DNA from: an uncultured Actinomycetes bacterium
GTDB taxonomy: Bacteria > Actinomycetota > Thermoleophilia > RBG-16-64-13
Assembly (NCBI GenBank): GCA_963841735.1
Contig: CAWJDT010000004.1
Coordinates: 352,001 to 416,000 of the forward strand
Length of the DNA: 64,000 nt
Reading direction: 5' to 3'
Shown here in pieces: positions 20,538 to 30,863 of this stretch. Under the pieces are notes generated by a model. That model saw nothing but the letters and a program-made list of their open reading frames with translations, did no database searches and was not told the DNA's origin. The position numbers and the translations under genes were made by a program. Position 1 is the first letter of the stretch, and every line of letters begins with the position of its first letter.

Positions 20538-20825
20538 ATGCTCCATGAACCAGCACCCGCAGAAGTACACGGAGTAGAAGAGGCCGCTGCCTACAAACAG
20601 CGCCTCGGCTTGATCATGCTGGCTGTCTACGGTGTGATCTACATTGTCTTTATCATCCTCAACGTGGCAACGCCCAGAACAATGGGCACCCTGGTCGTCG
20701 GCGGTCTGAACCTCGCAATCGTCTTCGGCTTCGCCCTCATCGTGATCGCATTGGTGCTGGCCGTCGCTTACAACTGGGCGTGCACTCGTCACGAGAAGTC
20801 CTTCGAAACCGAGGAGAAGGCCTGA
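20538..20825 (+). CDS. DUF485 (YjcH-like) small membrane protein
   Basis: Two TM helices, GLNLAIVFGF, YNW; directly upstream of actP. Confidence 0.85.
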   Translation: MLHEPAPAEVHGVEEAAAYKQRLGLIMLAVYGVIYIVFIILNVATPRTMGTLVVGGLNLAIVFGFALIVIALVLAVAYNWACTRHEKSFETEEKA

Positions 20826-20826
20826 C

Positions 20827-22762
20827 ATGGGAGAAGTCAAGACCTTGGCCGTCGTCATCTTCTTGGTGATCGTAGGTATCGTTCTCTTTGTATCGTTCTT
20901 CACCGCCCGCCGGGCCCGTTCCTCCAGCGGCTACTACGCTGCCGGCGGGCGCATCCACTGGGGCGTCAACGGTATCGCCTTCGCGGGTGACTACCTCTCG
21001 GCTGCTTCCTTCCTAGGCATCTGCGGCATGATCGCCGTAGCCGGTTACGATGGCTTTTTGTACTCCATCGGCTACCTCGCTGGATGGGTCGTAGCTCTGT
21101 TCGTCGTCGCAGAGCCCATGCGCCGCCTGGGAAGATACACCTTCACCGACGCCCTGGACGCCAAGTTCAACAAGCGTAGCCTCAAGCTCTGGGCGGCCAT
21201 CGCTACGCTCATCGTCTCGATCTTCTATCTGATTCCTCAGATGGTGGGCGCTGGGGTACTCATCGAGCCGCTGCTGGGCTTTCCGCACTGGGTGGGAGTG
21301 GTGCTAGTCGGAGCCATCGTTATCGCCATTGTGGCGACCGCCGGTATGACCTCCACTACGTACGTCCAGTTCATCAAGGGCTCACTGCTCATCAGTATTC
21401 GCGTTGGTTATCGTCGTAGCCCTCTGCGTCCGCGGTCTATCGACCTCTCCGGACCAAGGTGGCCGAGTCCCCTTCTATGACTACAAGACCATTACGGCGA
21501 CAACCGACACAAACGGCGCGATAGTGCCCGAGGACACCTCATACCAGGTTGTCGGGCAGCAGGCTCAGACCATCAAGGGCAAGGAAGTCACCTTCGTCAA
21601 GCTGTCGAAGGACGGCATGGCTACCTGGTGGAAGGCCGACACCGCCAATGACGTCGTGGCTCTGCACGAGACGCAGGAAGTGGTGACCCTGGCGGATGGG
21701 ACCAAGTACATCAACGGAGCTCCAGAGTCCAAAGACAACAAGCTCAGGCTGGTCGGCAACCTGAGCGCCATCGACGGCCAGACCGCGGTACAGACAGGGG
21801 CGATCAACCCCTTCCGGTTCCTTGCCCTGATCGGCGACCCGGACACCACCATCAACCTCTGGAAGTCGACGTCCTTCAAGGATGGTGGGGACAGCGTGTC
21901 CGTTTACTACTCCGTCTCGGTCGCGGGTGACACCGTCGCTCGACCGGGGCAGTCGTTCAAACTCGAGGGATCGTGGACCGACAAGGTGGACTTCATCTCC
22001 CTCATGATCGCGCTGTTCCTGGGCACCGCGTCATTGCCGCACATCCTCATCCGCTACTACACAGTCCCCAGTCAACGGGCAGCTCGCAAGTCTACTGTGG
22101 TCGCAATCGCAGCCATCGGGTTCTTCTACATCCTCACCTTGTTCCTGGGCCTCGGCGCCATGTCGAGCTCCACGGTGAACCCGCTGGACAACAACATGTC
22201 CGCGCCGCTCTTGGCGGAGTCGTTCGGCACCTTCCTGTTCGCGATGATCTCGGCCATCGCCTTTGCGACTGTGCTGGGCACTGTCAGCGGTCTCATCATC
22301 GCCGCCTCCGGCGCTGTGGCGCACGACCTGCTCGACCGCTTCGGCGGCCACATCAAGAACGACAAGCAGAAGGTCTACGCCGGCCGCATCGCCGCATTCG
22401 TGGTGGGGGCGGTCGCCATCCTGTTGGGTATCGCTTTCCAGGGCATCAACGTCTCGTTCTTGGTGGGCTTGGCATTCGCGGTCGCCGCGTCGGCCAACCT
22501 GCCCTGCATCATCATGATGCTGTTCTGGAAGCGCACCACCTCAAAAGGCATGGTCGCCTCGATCATCGTGGGAATCGTCGTCTCGGTGGGCATCATCCTC
22601 TTTTCGCCCACCGCTTGGGAACTCTACGGCCTCAACCCGGCCGACGCCCCGCTCCCACTCAAGAACCCGGGCATCGTATCTATCCCCGCGAGCTTCCTCG
22701 CCATCTACCTGGTGTCGAAGCTGACCAAGCCGGACATGCTGGAGGAGCACGCCAAGGCGTAG
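20827..22762 (+). CDS. actP: Cation/acetate symporter ActP (SSS family), frameshift near 21400
   Basis: NGIAFAGDYLSAASFLG, YLIPQMVGAG, GTASLPHILIRYYTV, AFATVLGTVSGL, AASANLP. Confidence 0.92.
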
Positions 22763-22801
22763 CGTCTACCAGCGCCGAGGAGCGCATGTCGCTCAACAAA
22801 G

Positions 22802-22838
22802 AAAGCCGCCGGATGCTCGTTCGCATCCGGCGGCTTTT
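22802..22838. terminator. Bidirectional intrinsic terminator
   Basis: AAAGCCGCCGGATGC-loop-GCATCCGGCGGCTTTT between convergent genes. Confidence 0.85.
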
Positions 22839-22889
22839 CCTCTGCCCGGGCCGGCCCGCTATGCGGCCGGCCCGGTTGTATAAAGCGTC

Positions 22890-23947
22890 CTAGAATACGT
22901 CTTTCGCCTTCAGCGGGTAGCCGGTGTAGCCGGCCGTCGCGTAGTAGACGGCTCTATCGAAGAACCGTCCCAGTTCGCGGTTCAGATCGACTGCTCGCTG
23001 TAGGTCCATGGCCGACTCCCACACTCCGTGGGTGCGGGCCGTCATCCAGACTTCCCTCTTCAGCAGCAAGATCGCGCTGACCAGTTCCGGCAGTGGCAGA
23101 CCCTGGGCAGCCCTCGTCTCGCCCAGCTTGTGAAACCATTCGCCGAGGTTCTGATCGGAGGGTTGGCCGCCGAAGTACTGGCCCACTTGACTGAGCGCGA
23201 ACTCGCTCGCGTTCACCAGCTCCTCGTCCGACACGACTCCGTACGACGGTGTCTGTGAGCTGGCCCTAAGGTCCTGAAGCCACAGCCGAGCGATCTCTTC
23301 TCCGTAGCTGTCGACGAATCCCTTAGGCAAACGGCTGATCGGGCCCAGCGGGAGCACCACTCGTCTGAACACTTCGTTGATCGTCTGCGCGCAAGCAGCG
23401 TAGACGGCGGACAGACCGGTGAGTATGCCCTCCCAGCCGGCGATCTTGCCCCAGTACGGCTCCCCCGCCGAAGTCGCGGATGGCCAGCAGGAAGAACAGG
23501 ATCGTAAGCAGACCGAATACCACCTGCAATGCCCGGTTGAGCTTCAACGTACCTATGAACATGTAGGCCGTGAAGACACCCCAGGCAACGAAGAACCAGG
23601 CCATAGCCATTTCGCTCGGAGCGGCGGCTTGTTTGGCATCGGGGAACATACCGGGCATCAGCCAGAGAGCGACCAACGTCAGCCAGAAGAAGCCCGTAGG
23701 AGGTGAAGGCCAGCGTTCCGAACGTGTTGTTCTTGCGATACTCCATGATCCCGGCGATAACCTGTGCGATGCCGCCATAGAAGATGCCCATGGCTAGGAT
23801 CATGCTGCTCAGCCCGAAGAAGCCCGCGTTGTGGATGTTGAGCAGAATTGTCGTCAGGCCAAACCCCATAAGGCCGAGTGGCGCGGGATTGGCGTTGGTA
23901 TCCAGCAGTTTGGTAACCGTTTCGTTAGAACTGATCGAGGTGGCCAT
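22890..23947 (-). CDS. satP: Acetate/succinate channel SatP (GPR1/FUN34/YaaH) fused to a C-terminal RsbRD_N/globin-like domain; two frameshifts in the TM part
   Basis: [22 protein letters not shown]; last helix [32 protein letters not shown] continues in frame into about 145 aa of helical domain. Confidence 0.82.
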
Positions 23948-24132
23948 ATGCCCTCTTTCTCCCTGCCCTTGCTGCAGGATGGTCGGATTGTCATCGGTCA
24001 CGGGCATCTAGAAACCACGCTCAGGCGCCCGGACCGGCGGACAATATACCGGCCATCCGCACCCCCTTGTCTACTGCAGCCCTGTTTCTTGTAGAATGAC
24101 TGCACGTTCTTGGCCCGCTCTTCGAGGATCAA

Positions 24133-24952
24133 GTGATCGAGACAATCAGGGTCGACCTGCACTGTCATTCGTCAATGAGCGATGGAGATCATGCGCCCGC
24201 GTACGTCGCCCATTCGATCGCCGCGATAGGAGCCGTCTGGGCGTCTCTGACCGACCACAATACCCTCTCCGGACAACCGCAGTTCCGAGCCGTGCTCGAA
24301 AGACGGGGACTCAATTCCGTCGTCGGATTAGAGATGGACGCGCGCTCACCCGCCGGAGTGCTGCATCTGCTGGGATACGGGCTCGACCAGCACAACGAAG
24401 CTCTGCTCGACGCGCTGCGCACGCTCCGCCAGCCCTGGCGCACTTCGGCCCGCCATTGGTTCGAGCAGGGCCCACTCGCTTGCCGACGCGCCCCTTCCTC
24501 GCCCGCGTCTCCGACGGGCCAGGCCGGAAAGCGACACAGGTCCGCCGCGACCGCCTACCACCGCGGAGGCCATCGATCTCATCCACGAGGCCGGCGGCCT
24601 CGTGTTCCTGGCCCACCCGCTGGCGGGTATCGACACCATTGCTAGCGCTCGAGGAGGCGCTGACTTCGCTGCAGCCCGAGGGGCTGGACGGGCTTGAAGC
24701 GTTCTCACAAACAGTACCGGCCGGAGACACAGGATGCGCTGCTCGAGGTCGCTGAGCGCCGAGAGTCTTCTCACCGTGGGCGGCAGCGATTTTCACGGCG
24801 TACATCACTCCGATGGAGGTAGCCCCGGGGTCGACATGCCCCTGATACACTGGAGGCAATTTATGGCTGCACTCGGGATAGGGCCACAAGAGGCCCTTCC
24901 CACTCCCTATCCAGACCGGGTCACTGCACAAAGGGGGCATGATGGAGACTAG
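24133..24952 (+). CDS. PHP-family phosphoesterase (TrpH/YciV-like), frameshifted
   Basis: DLHCHS, SDG, LTDHNT, GLE, HLLGYG, AHP, GGSDFHG. Confidence 0.85.
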
Positions 24953-27922
24953 CAGGCGCTCGACGGGCAAGTGGCTACCGCAGAGATGGTCAAGCTTCGT
25001 CATCCGGATCGTGCTGCCGGCGGTGCTGGCAGTGGTGCTTTTCATCCTGGCAGTCTTCCTTATCCTCATCCCTTCGGTCGAGCGTGAGTTGCTCGACGGT
25101 AAGAAGGAAACCACCCAGGAGCTGACCCGCGCCGCAGTCAGTATCGTCAATGAGTACTACGCCGAGGAGACTGCCGGGAGCATGACCCGGGAGCAGGCCC
25201 AAACGCGAAGCCGCCGCCCGCGTCGAACTGCTGCGTTACGGCGATGAGGGCAAGGACTACTTCTGGATCACCGACACGCATCCGACCATGGTGATGCACC
25301 CCTACTTGCCGGAGCTCAACGGCCAGGACCTCACCGACTATGAAGACCAACGCGGCAAGAAGCTCTTCGTCGCCTTCGTCGACGCCGTACGCGAGAACGG
25401 CTCCGGTTTCGTCGACTACTACTGGCAGTGGAAAGACGATCCGGACCGCATAGTGCCCAAGCTGTCATACGTTGAGGAGTTCAAGCCCTGGCAGTGGGTC
25501 ATAGGCACGGGCATCTACGTCGAAGATGTCAACGCCGCCATCGCCCGCGTGCAGCGGTACTTGACCTACATCTCCCTGGCCATCGCCGCCGCCATCGCTC
25601 TACTCCTTCTGTACGCGGCACGGCAGAGCCTCAAGATCGAGAAACGCAGAGCCACTGCCGAGCAGGGGCTCAAAGAATCCAACGAGAAGTACCAGGCCCT
25701 GGTGGCCGCTGCTACCGAAGGCATCATCATGACTCTCGACGGCAAATGCGCCTACGCCAATAAGCCCTTGCACGACATGCTGGGATACGAAGCGCACGAA
25801 CTCGCCGACATGATCCTGTCACTGCTGGTGGTGAACGAGAACCCCGGCGGACCAGCAAGCTCTGAACTACATCCAGGCCCTGGCTGCCACCGGTACACGC
25901 ACGCCGGCCGACTCAACTGCCTCCCCCCACTTTCGAGGCCCGGTTTAGAGCCAAGGACGGTCGCGCCGTCGACGTGCTGCTCACGGCGACGCCCATCTCA
26001 CTTGCCGGCAAAGAAGGCGTGATCCTGATGGCCCGCAGCCTCATCGGACAGAAGGCCATGGAGGCCGCCTTCGACGAAACGCGGCGGCAGTTCCTGACCA
26101 TGTCCGACGCTCTCAGCCTGGGAGTGTTCCGCAGCACCTGGGGCCGCAAAGCCACCCTCGTCGAGGCCAACCCAGCCATGCGCGGCATCCTGCAGCTCGC
26201 CCCCACCGCCGACATGGCTGCCTCCGACTGGCTCGACAAGATCATCGACACCGACGAACGCAGCGCCCTGGTGGACCGTCTCAACAAGGACAAGGTCGTG
26301 CAGGACTACCGGGTAGGCCTGTGGAGGGCGGACGGCACACGTACCGACATCTCCCTCTTCGCCGTTCTTGTGGACGACGAGAGCGGGCAGCCTCGCTTCT
26401 GCGACGGCATCGTGGAAGACATCACCAAGCAGACCAAGGGTGAACACGAGCGCGAGGCACTGATCGCTCAGTTACAGACGTCGCTCTTCTACCTACGCGA
26501 GCCCGTGACCCGAGCGGTCAGTCCCGCCGTGTCGGTGGACATGACCGAGACCGTGCGCAGGGCGGCTGCTCTAATGACCAAGAGCCGCGCCGGAGCCGTG
26601 TTCGTTATGGGCCCGGACAACGACGTGGTGGGCATCGTCACCGACTTCGACTTCCGCGTGCGAGTGGTGGCCGAGAACCTTGATCTCGGCACCTCGGTGC
26701 GTGCCATCATGACCGCCCCGGTAGACTCCATCTCCGAAGACGCTCCTGTTTACGAGGCCCTGCTCAAGATGCGAGAGCGCAACGTGGAGCACCTCGCAGT
26801 CACAAGACGAGTCGGGCGCTATCACAGGCGTTCTTCGGCTCCGGGATCTTGTCCAGTACCAGGAATCATCCTCGGTAATCATCACCGACTCGATCAAGCG
26901 GGCGACCTCGCTCGAGCAGATTAGCAGAGGCACACGACAGACTACCCGCGTTGATCAAGGCCGTGGTCGATTCCGGCGCCGATACCCGCTACGTCAACAG
27001 GATCGTCTCCGGAGTCGCCGACGGCGTGGTACAGAGACTCGTAGGGATGGCTCTGGATGAACTGGGGCCCGCGCCGGTGCCCTTCGCCTTCCTCACCCTG
27101 GGCAGTGAAGGCCGCGAAGAGCAGACGCTCCTCACCGATCAGGACAACGCTCTCCTATACGACGACCCACCGAACGAGAGGGTCGAGGAGACCGCAGCCT
27201 ACTTCCTCTCGCTTGGCACCTGGGTCTGCGACCGCCTCGATCAATTGGGATACCAGTACTGTGAAGGCGGGGTCATGGCAAAGAACCCCCGCTGGAACCT
27301 TTCGCGCTCGGTTTGGCGGCAGCAGTTCTCCCACTGGATCCACAACGCCGATCCACAGGAGCTGCTTGAGCTCAACATGCTCTTCGACTTCCGCTGCGTC
27401 GCCGGACAGCAACAGTTCGCCCGCGAGCTACGCACCTGGGTGTTCGACGAGATGCAGGCCTATCAGCTGTTCTTCATACATTTCGCGCAGAACGCCTTGC
27501 TCTACAAACCGCCCATCAACCTGCTGGGGCACATCCAGACCACCTCTTCCGAAGAAGGCACCAAGACGCTCAGCCTCAAAGAGGCTCTCTTGCCGGTGGT
27601 CAACTTCGCGCGTCTCTATGCTTTGCGTCAGCGCATAGACTCTACCAACACCCTGGACCGCCTAGCCGAGTTGAGAGAGCGGGGAGTCCTGGGCCGTGAG
27701 TCTTACGAGCAGATCGTGCCTGACTACGAGACCCTCATGAGCATCAGGCTGCGCCGGCAGGCCATCGCCATCGAAGAGAATCGCAAGCCCACCAACCTGA
27801 TCTCTCCCAGCGAGCTCTGACCTCTGCCGAGGAAGCCAGGCTGAAGCGCCTGTTCGCTCTGGCCGAGAGATCTGCGCAAGAAGATCAGCTACGACTTCTT
27901 GGGTGGCATCGCCGGCTTCTAG
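24939..27922 (+). CDS. Membrane sensor: TM-sCache_2-TM-PAS-PAS-CBS pair-DUF294 nucleotidyltransferase-DUF294_C; several frameshifts
   Basis: KDYFWI..MVMHP..YYWQW..KLSYV..WVIGTGIY (Cache); GIVEDIT (PAC); GIVTDFDFR and IMTAPV (CBS); LGSEGREEQTLLTDQDN, FDFR, LKEALLPVVNFARLYAL (DUF294). Confidence 0.85.
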
Positions 27923-28044
27923 GACACAGCCGATCCTCGCCAGTGCACGCCGGGCGCCCGAGCACCAGCTCGGGCGCCCGGTAGTTCTTTGTGAGCTCAC
28001 CGACGCTCCGAGTGACTCCGCGCCTTACGTCGCCCCGCCGGGCC

Positions 28045-28899
28045 TCAGCCCTCGCGTCGCCGCCCGCGCCTGTACTTCCAGAGCAAGCCTCTGCCCGGGG
28101 CGAACAGGAACGCCAGTACGAAGATGGCAGTAGCCACGAGCACCATGGCCCCGCTGGGCGCCACGCCCAGGTAGTAGCTCGCGTAGAGCCCTCCTACCGC
28201 CGACATCGCGCCGATCAAGCGCCGACACCGCCATCATGACCGGCAGGCGACGGGTGAGCAGATACGCCGCGGCCGGAGGAGTCACCAGCATGGCAGTCAC
28301 CAGAGCCACCCCCACGGTGCGCAGCGCCACCACGATGGTGGCCGCGATCATCAGGAAGAGCCCGGTCCGCAAGCCGTGGGTGCTGAGACCCAGCGTCTCC
28401 CCCAGGATCGGATCGAAGGACATCACCAGCAGCCGCCTATAGAGGAGCACTATCGATACCAAGATCGCGAGGGCGAGCCCGCCGCTCACCCATAGGTCCG
28501 ACGCGGTGACCCCCAGCACGTTGCCAAAGAGCACATGGGCGAGATCCACCGCATAAGTACTCATGGTGCTGATCAGCACGACGCCAAGCGCAAGGGCGGC
28601 CGCGAAGAAGATGCCGATAGCCGTGTCTTCTCGGATCGTCCCCGCTCGCGAGACGAAGCTTATGCCCACACGCCACCAGCACCCCGGCGATGAGCGCGCC
28701 CACCAGGAGGTTCGCGCCCACCGAGATAGGCCACGGCCACACCGGGCAGTATGGCGTGGGCCAGCGCATCGCCCAAGAACGCCATCGAACGTAGCACGAT
28801 GTAGCAGCCGATGACGGCGCAGACCACACCGACTATGAGCGAGGCGATCAAGGCCTTCTGCATGAACGCCAGGGCGAAGGGCTCGGTCAGCCAGTTCAT
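28045..28899 (-). CDS. Mn/Zn ABC transporter permease, frameshifted
   Basis: GDALAHAILPG, EDTAIG, LFGNVLG, FDP. Confidence 0.9.
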
Positions 28900-28912
28900 G
28901 CTCGCCGTCCCT

Positions 28913-29759
28913 TCACGGCCGCCGCTCGCCTTCAGACGCGCCCGGCTCGTCACACACGTCGCACCGGCAACTGTCGACGGCTCCCACCGGACCGTGTCCG
29001 CCGCAGCACTGGTCGACCACTATGGCCTTACCGTCCACCACCATCATCTGCCCGCCGAACGCCTGCTGCAGGTGCTGCTCGGTGAAGACCTGCGCGGGGC
29101 TCCCGGCGCTGATGAGCCGGCCGTTCAGCAGGATCACCTCGTCGAACCTCCCGGAGGCCAGGTCGAGATCGTGCGTGGAGACCAGGACTGTTACCGAGCG
29201 GGCGCGCAGAGCCGGCCACCAAGCTCCAGAGTGGCCTCGCGCGTGGCCATATCCACCCCGGTGAAAGGCTCGTCGAGAAGAAGCACGTGCGGCTCCTGCA
29301 CCAGCGCCCGGGCAAGGAACGCCCTCTGCTGCTGACCGCCCGGACAGCTCGCCTATGGGCCGCTTGGCCAGACCGGCGATATCCAGGCGTTCCAGGCTCT
29401 CGTGGACGAGCCTCCTGTCGGTGACCGAGAGCCGCTTGAGCCAGCGCCCCCGGCCGTACCGACCCATGGCCACCACGTCGAACACGGTCACCGGGAAGCG
29501 CCAGTCGACCTCCTCCTTCTGCGGCACGTATGCCACCGGATCGCGGCGGGCATCCGAGCGGGCGACCGTGGATGAGGATCTTACCGGTGCGCATGGGCAC
29601 CAGCCCGACGATGGCTTTGAACAAGGTCGATTTGCCCGCTCCGTTCGGCCCGATGACCGCCGCCTGGGATCCGTGCGCCAAGCTGAGCGAGACCGACTGA
29701 AGCGCGGGTCGGTCGCCGTAGTACACGCTGACGTCGTGCAGCTCGAGCACTCCGGTCAT
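28913..29759 (-). CDS. Mn/Zn ABC transporter ATPase, frameshifted
   Basis: [27 protein letters not shown]. Confidence 0.9.
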
Positions 29760-30703
29760 CGCAAAGCCTCGACTATCCGCTGGACGTTCCACCGCATCAT
29801 GTCCAAGTAGGTGGCCGCGTTCTCTCCCAGGGAATGGGTGTAGAGGTCGGTGACCACCTTCACCCCCGTCTCCCGGGCCACCTGTTGGGCCAGCGAGTCG
29901 TTGCTGCCGGTCTCCAGGAATATCGCGGGCGCCCCAGTCGCACGGATGGCCCCGATGAGGTCGGACAGCTGTCGGGCCGACGGACTCCCTTCGCCGGAGG
30001 TCGTGGCGAAGATCGTTCCTACCAGGTCGAACCCGTAGCGTGAGGTGAACCGCCCAAAGCTCTCATGATTGGTCACCAAGAGCCGCCGCTCGGCCGGAAT
30101 GGTATCTACCTGCATGACGATCCAGGCATCAAGCTCCCGCAGCGCCGACTGGTAGATAGCCGCATTGGCTCGATACACCTCGGCCCCAGCGGGATCGATG
30201 GTGATCAAGCCCTCTGCAATGTCGTCCACGGACGCCACCACGCTCAAGGGATCGAGCCAGAAGTGCGGGTCCTCATCTATGCCGGAAAGACCGGCGGAGG
30301 CGTCGATAACCGGAACGCCGGACTCCGCAGCTCCTGAGACCAACTCATCCACGGTGGGTATCAGTCCCGGCGCGCCGATGACCACGCCCTCAGCCTCGAC
30401 CACCCTCTTCGCGTCCTTGGGGGTGGGTTCAAACGAATGCGGGTCGGCGCCTGAGGGTACGATCGCCGAGACCGTCATCCGCTCGCCGGCGACGTTCTGC
30501 ACAATGTCCGCGAGGAAGGTGGTGTCGGCCAGCACCGACAGTTTTCCGTCGGCAGTCCCCCCGCCTCCTACCTGGCCGCCGCCGTCGTTTGCGCACCCCG
30601 CCGCACCCCAAATGAACATGAGCACCACGGCGAACGCCGCCGCTAGCGCGCGGCGCGGCGCACTCAGCCACCTGCCTGTGTTCTGGTCGCGCTGGCCCGT
30701 CAC
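29756..30703 (-). CDS. Mn/Zn ABC substrate-binding lipoprotein (TroA-like)
   Basis: AAGC lipobox, DPHSFEP, DPHFWL, NHESF. Confidence 0.92.
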   Translation of the reverse strand: MTGQRDQNTGRWLSAPRRALAAAFAVVLMFIWGAAGCANDGGGQVGGGGTADGKLSVLADTTFLADIVQNVAGERMTVSAIVPSGADPHSFEPTPKDAKRVVEAEGVVIGAPGLIPTVDELVSGAAESGVPVIDASAGLSGIDEDPHFWLDPLSVVASVDDIAEGLITIDPAGAEVYRANAAIYQSALRELDAWIVMQVDTIPAERRLLVTNHESFGRFTSRYGFDLVGTIFATTSGEGSPSARQLSDLIGAIRATGAPAIFLETGSNDSLAQQVARETGVKVVTDLYTHSLGENAATYLDMMRWNVQRIVEALR

Positions 30704-30738
30704 AAGACCCCGTTCTGCCGGTGTTCATGAACTGCGCG

Positions 30739-30760
30739 GCCCTTGACCTGGGTCAAGGGC
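30739..30760. promoter_or_regulatory. Crp/Fnr-family (HcpR-like) operator upstream of hcp
   Basis: Palindrome GCCCTTGAC-CTGG-GTCAAGGGC. Confidence 0.7.
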
Positions 30761-30863
30761 GCGCCTGAGAGACTATCTTAGCTTCTTCGTGGGAAACATA
30801 TGAAGGACGCTAGCCATCAAGGGGACGGCGAAGCGCCGTGATTTGACGACCAGGAGGACGCTG

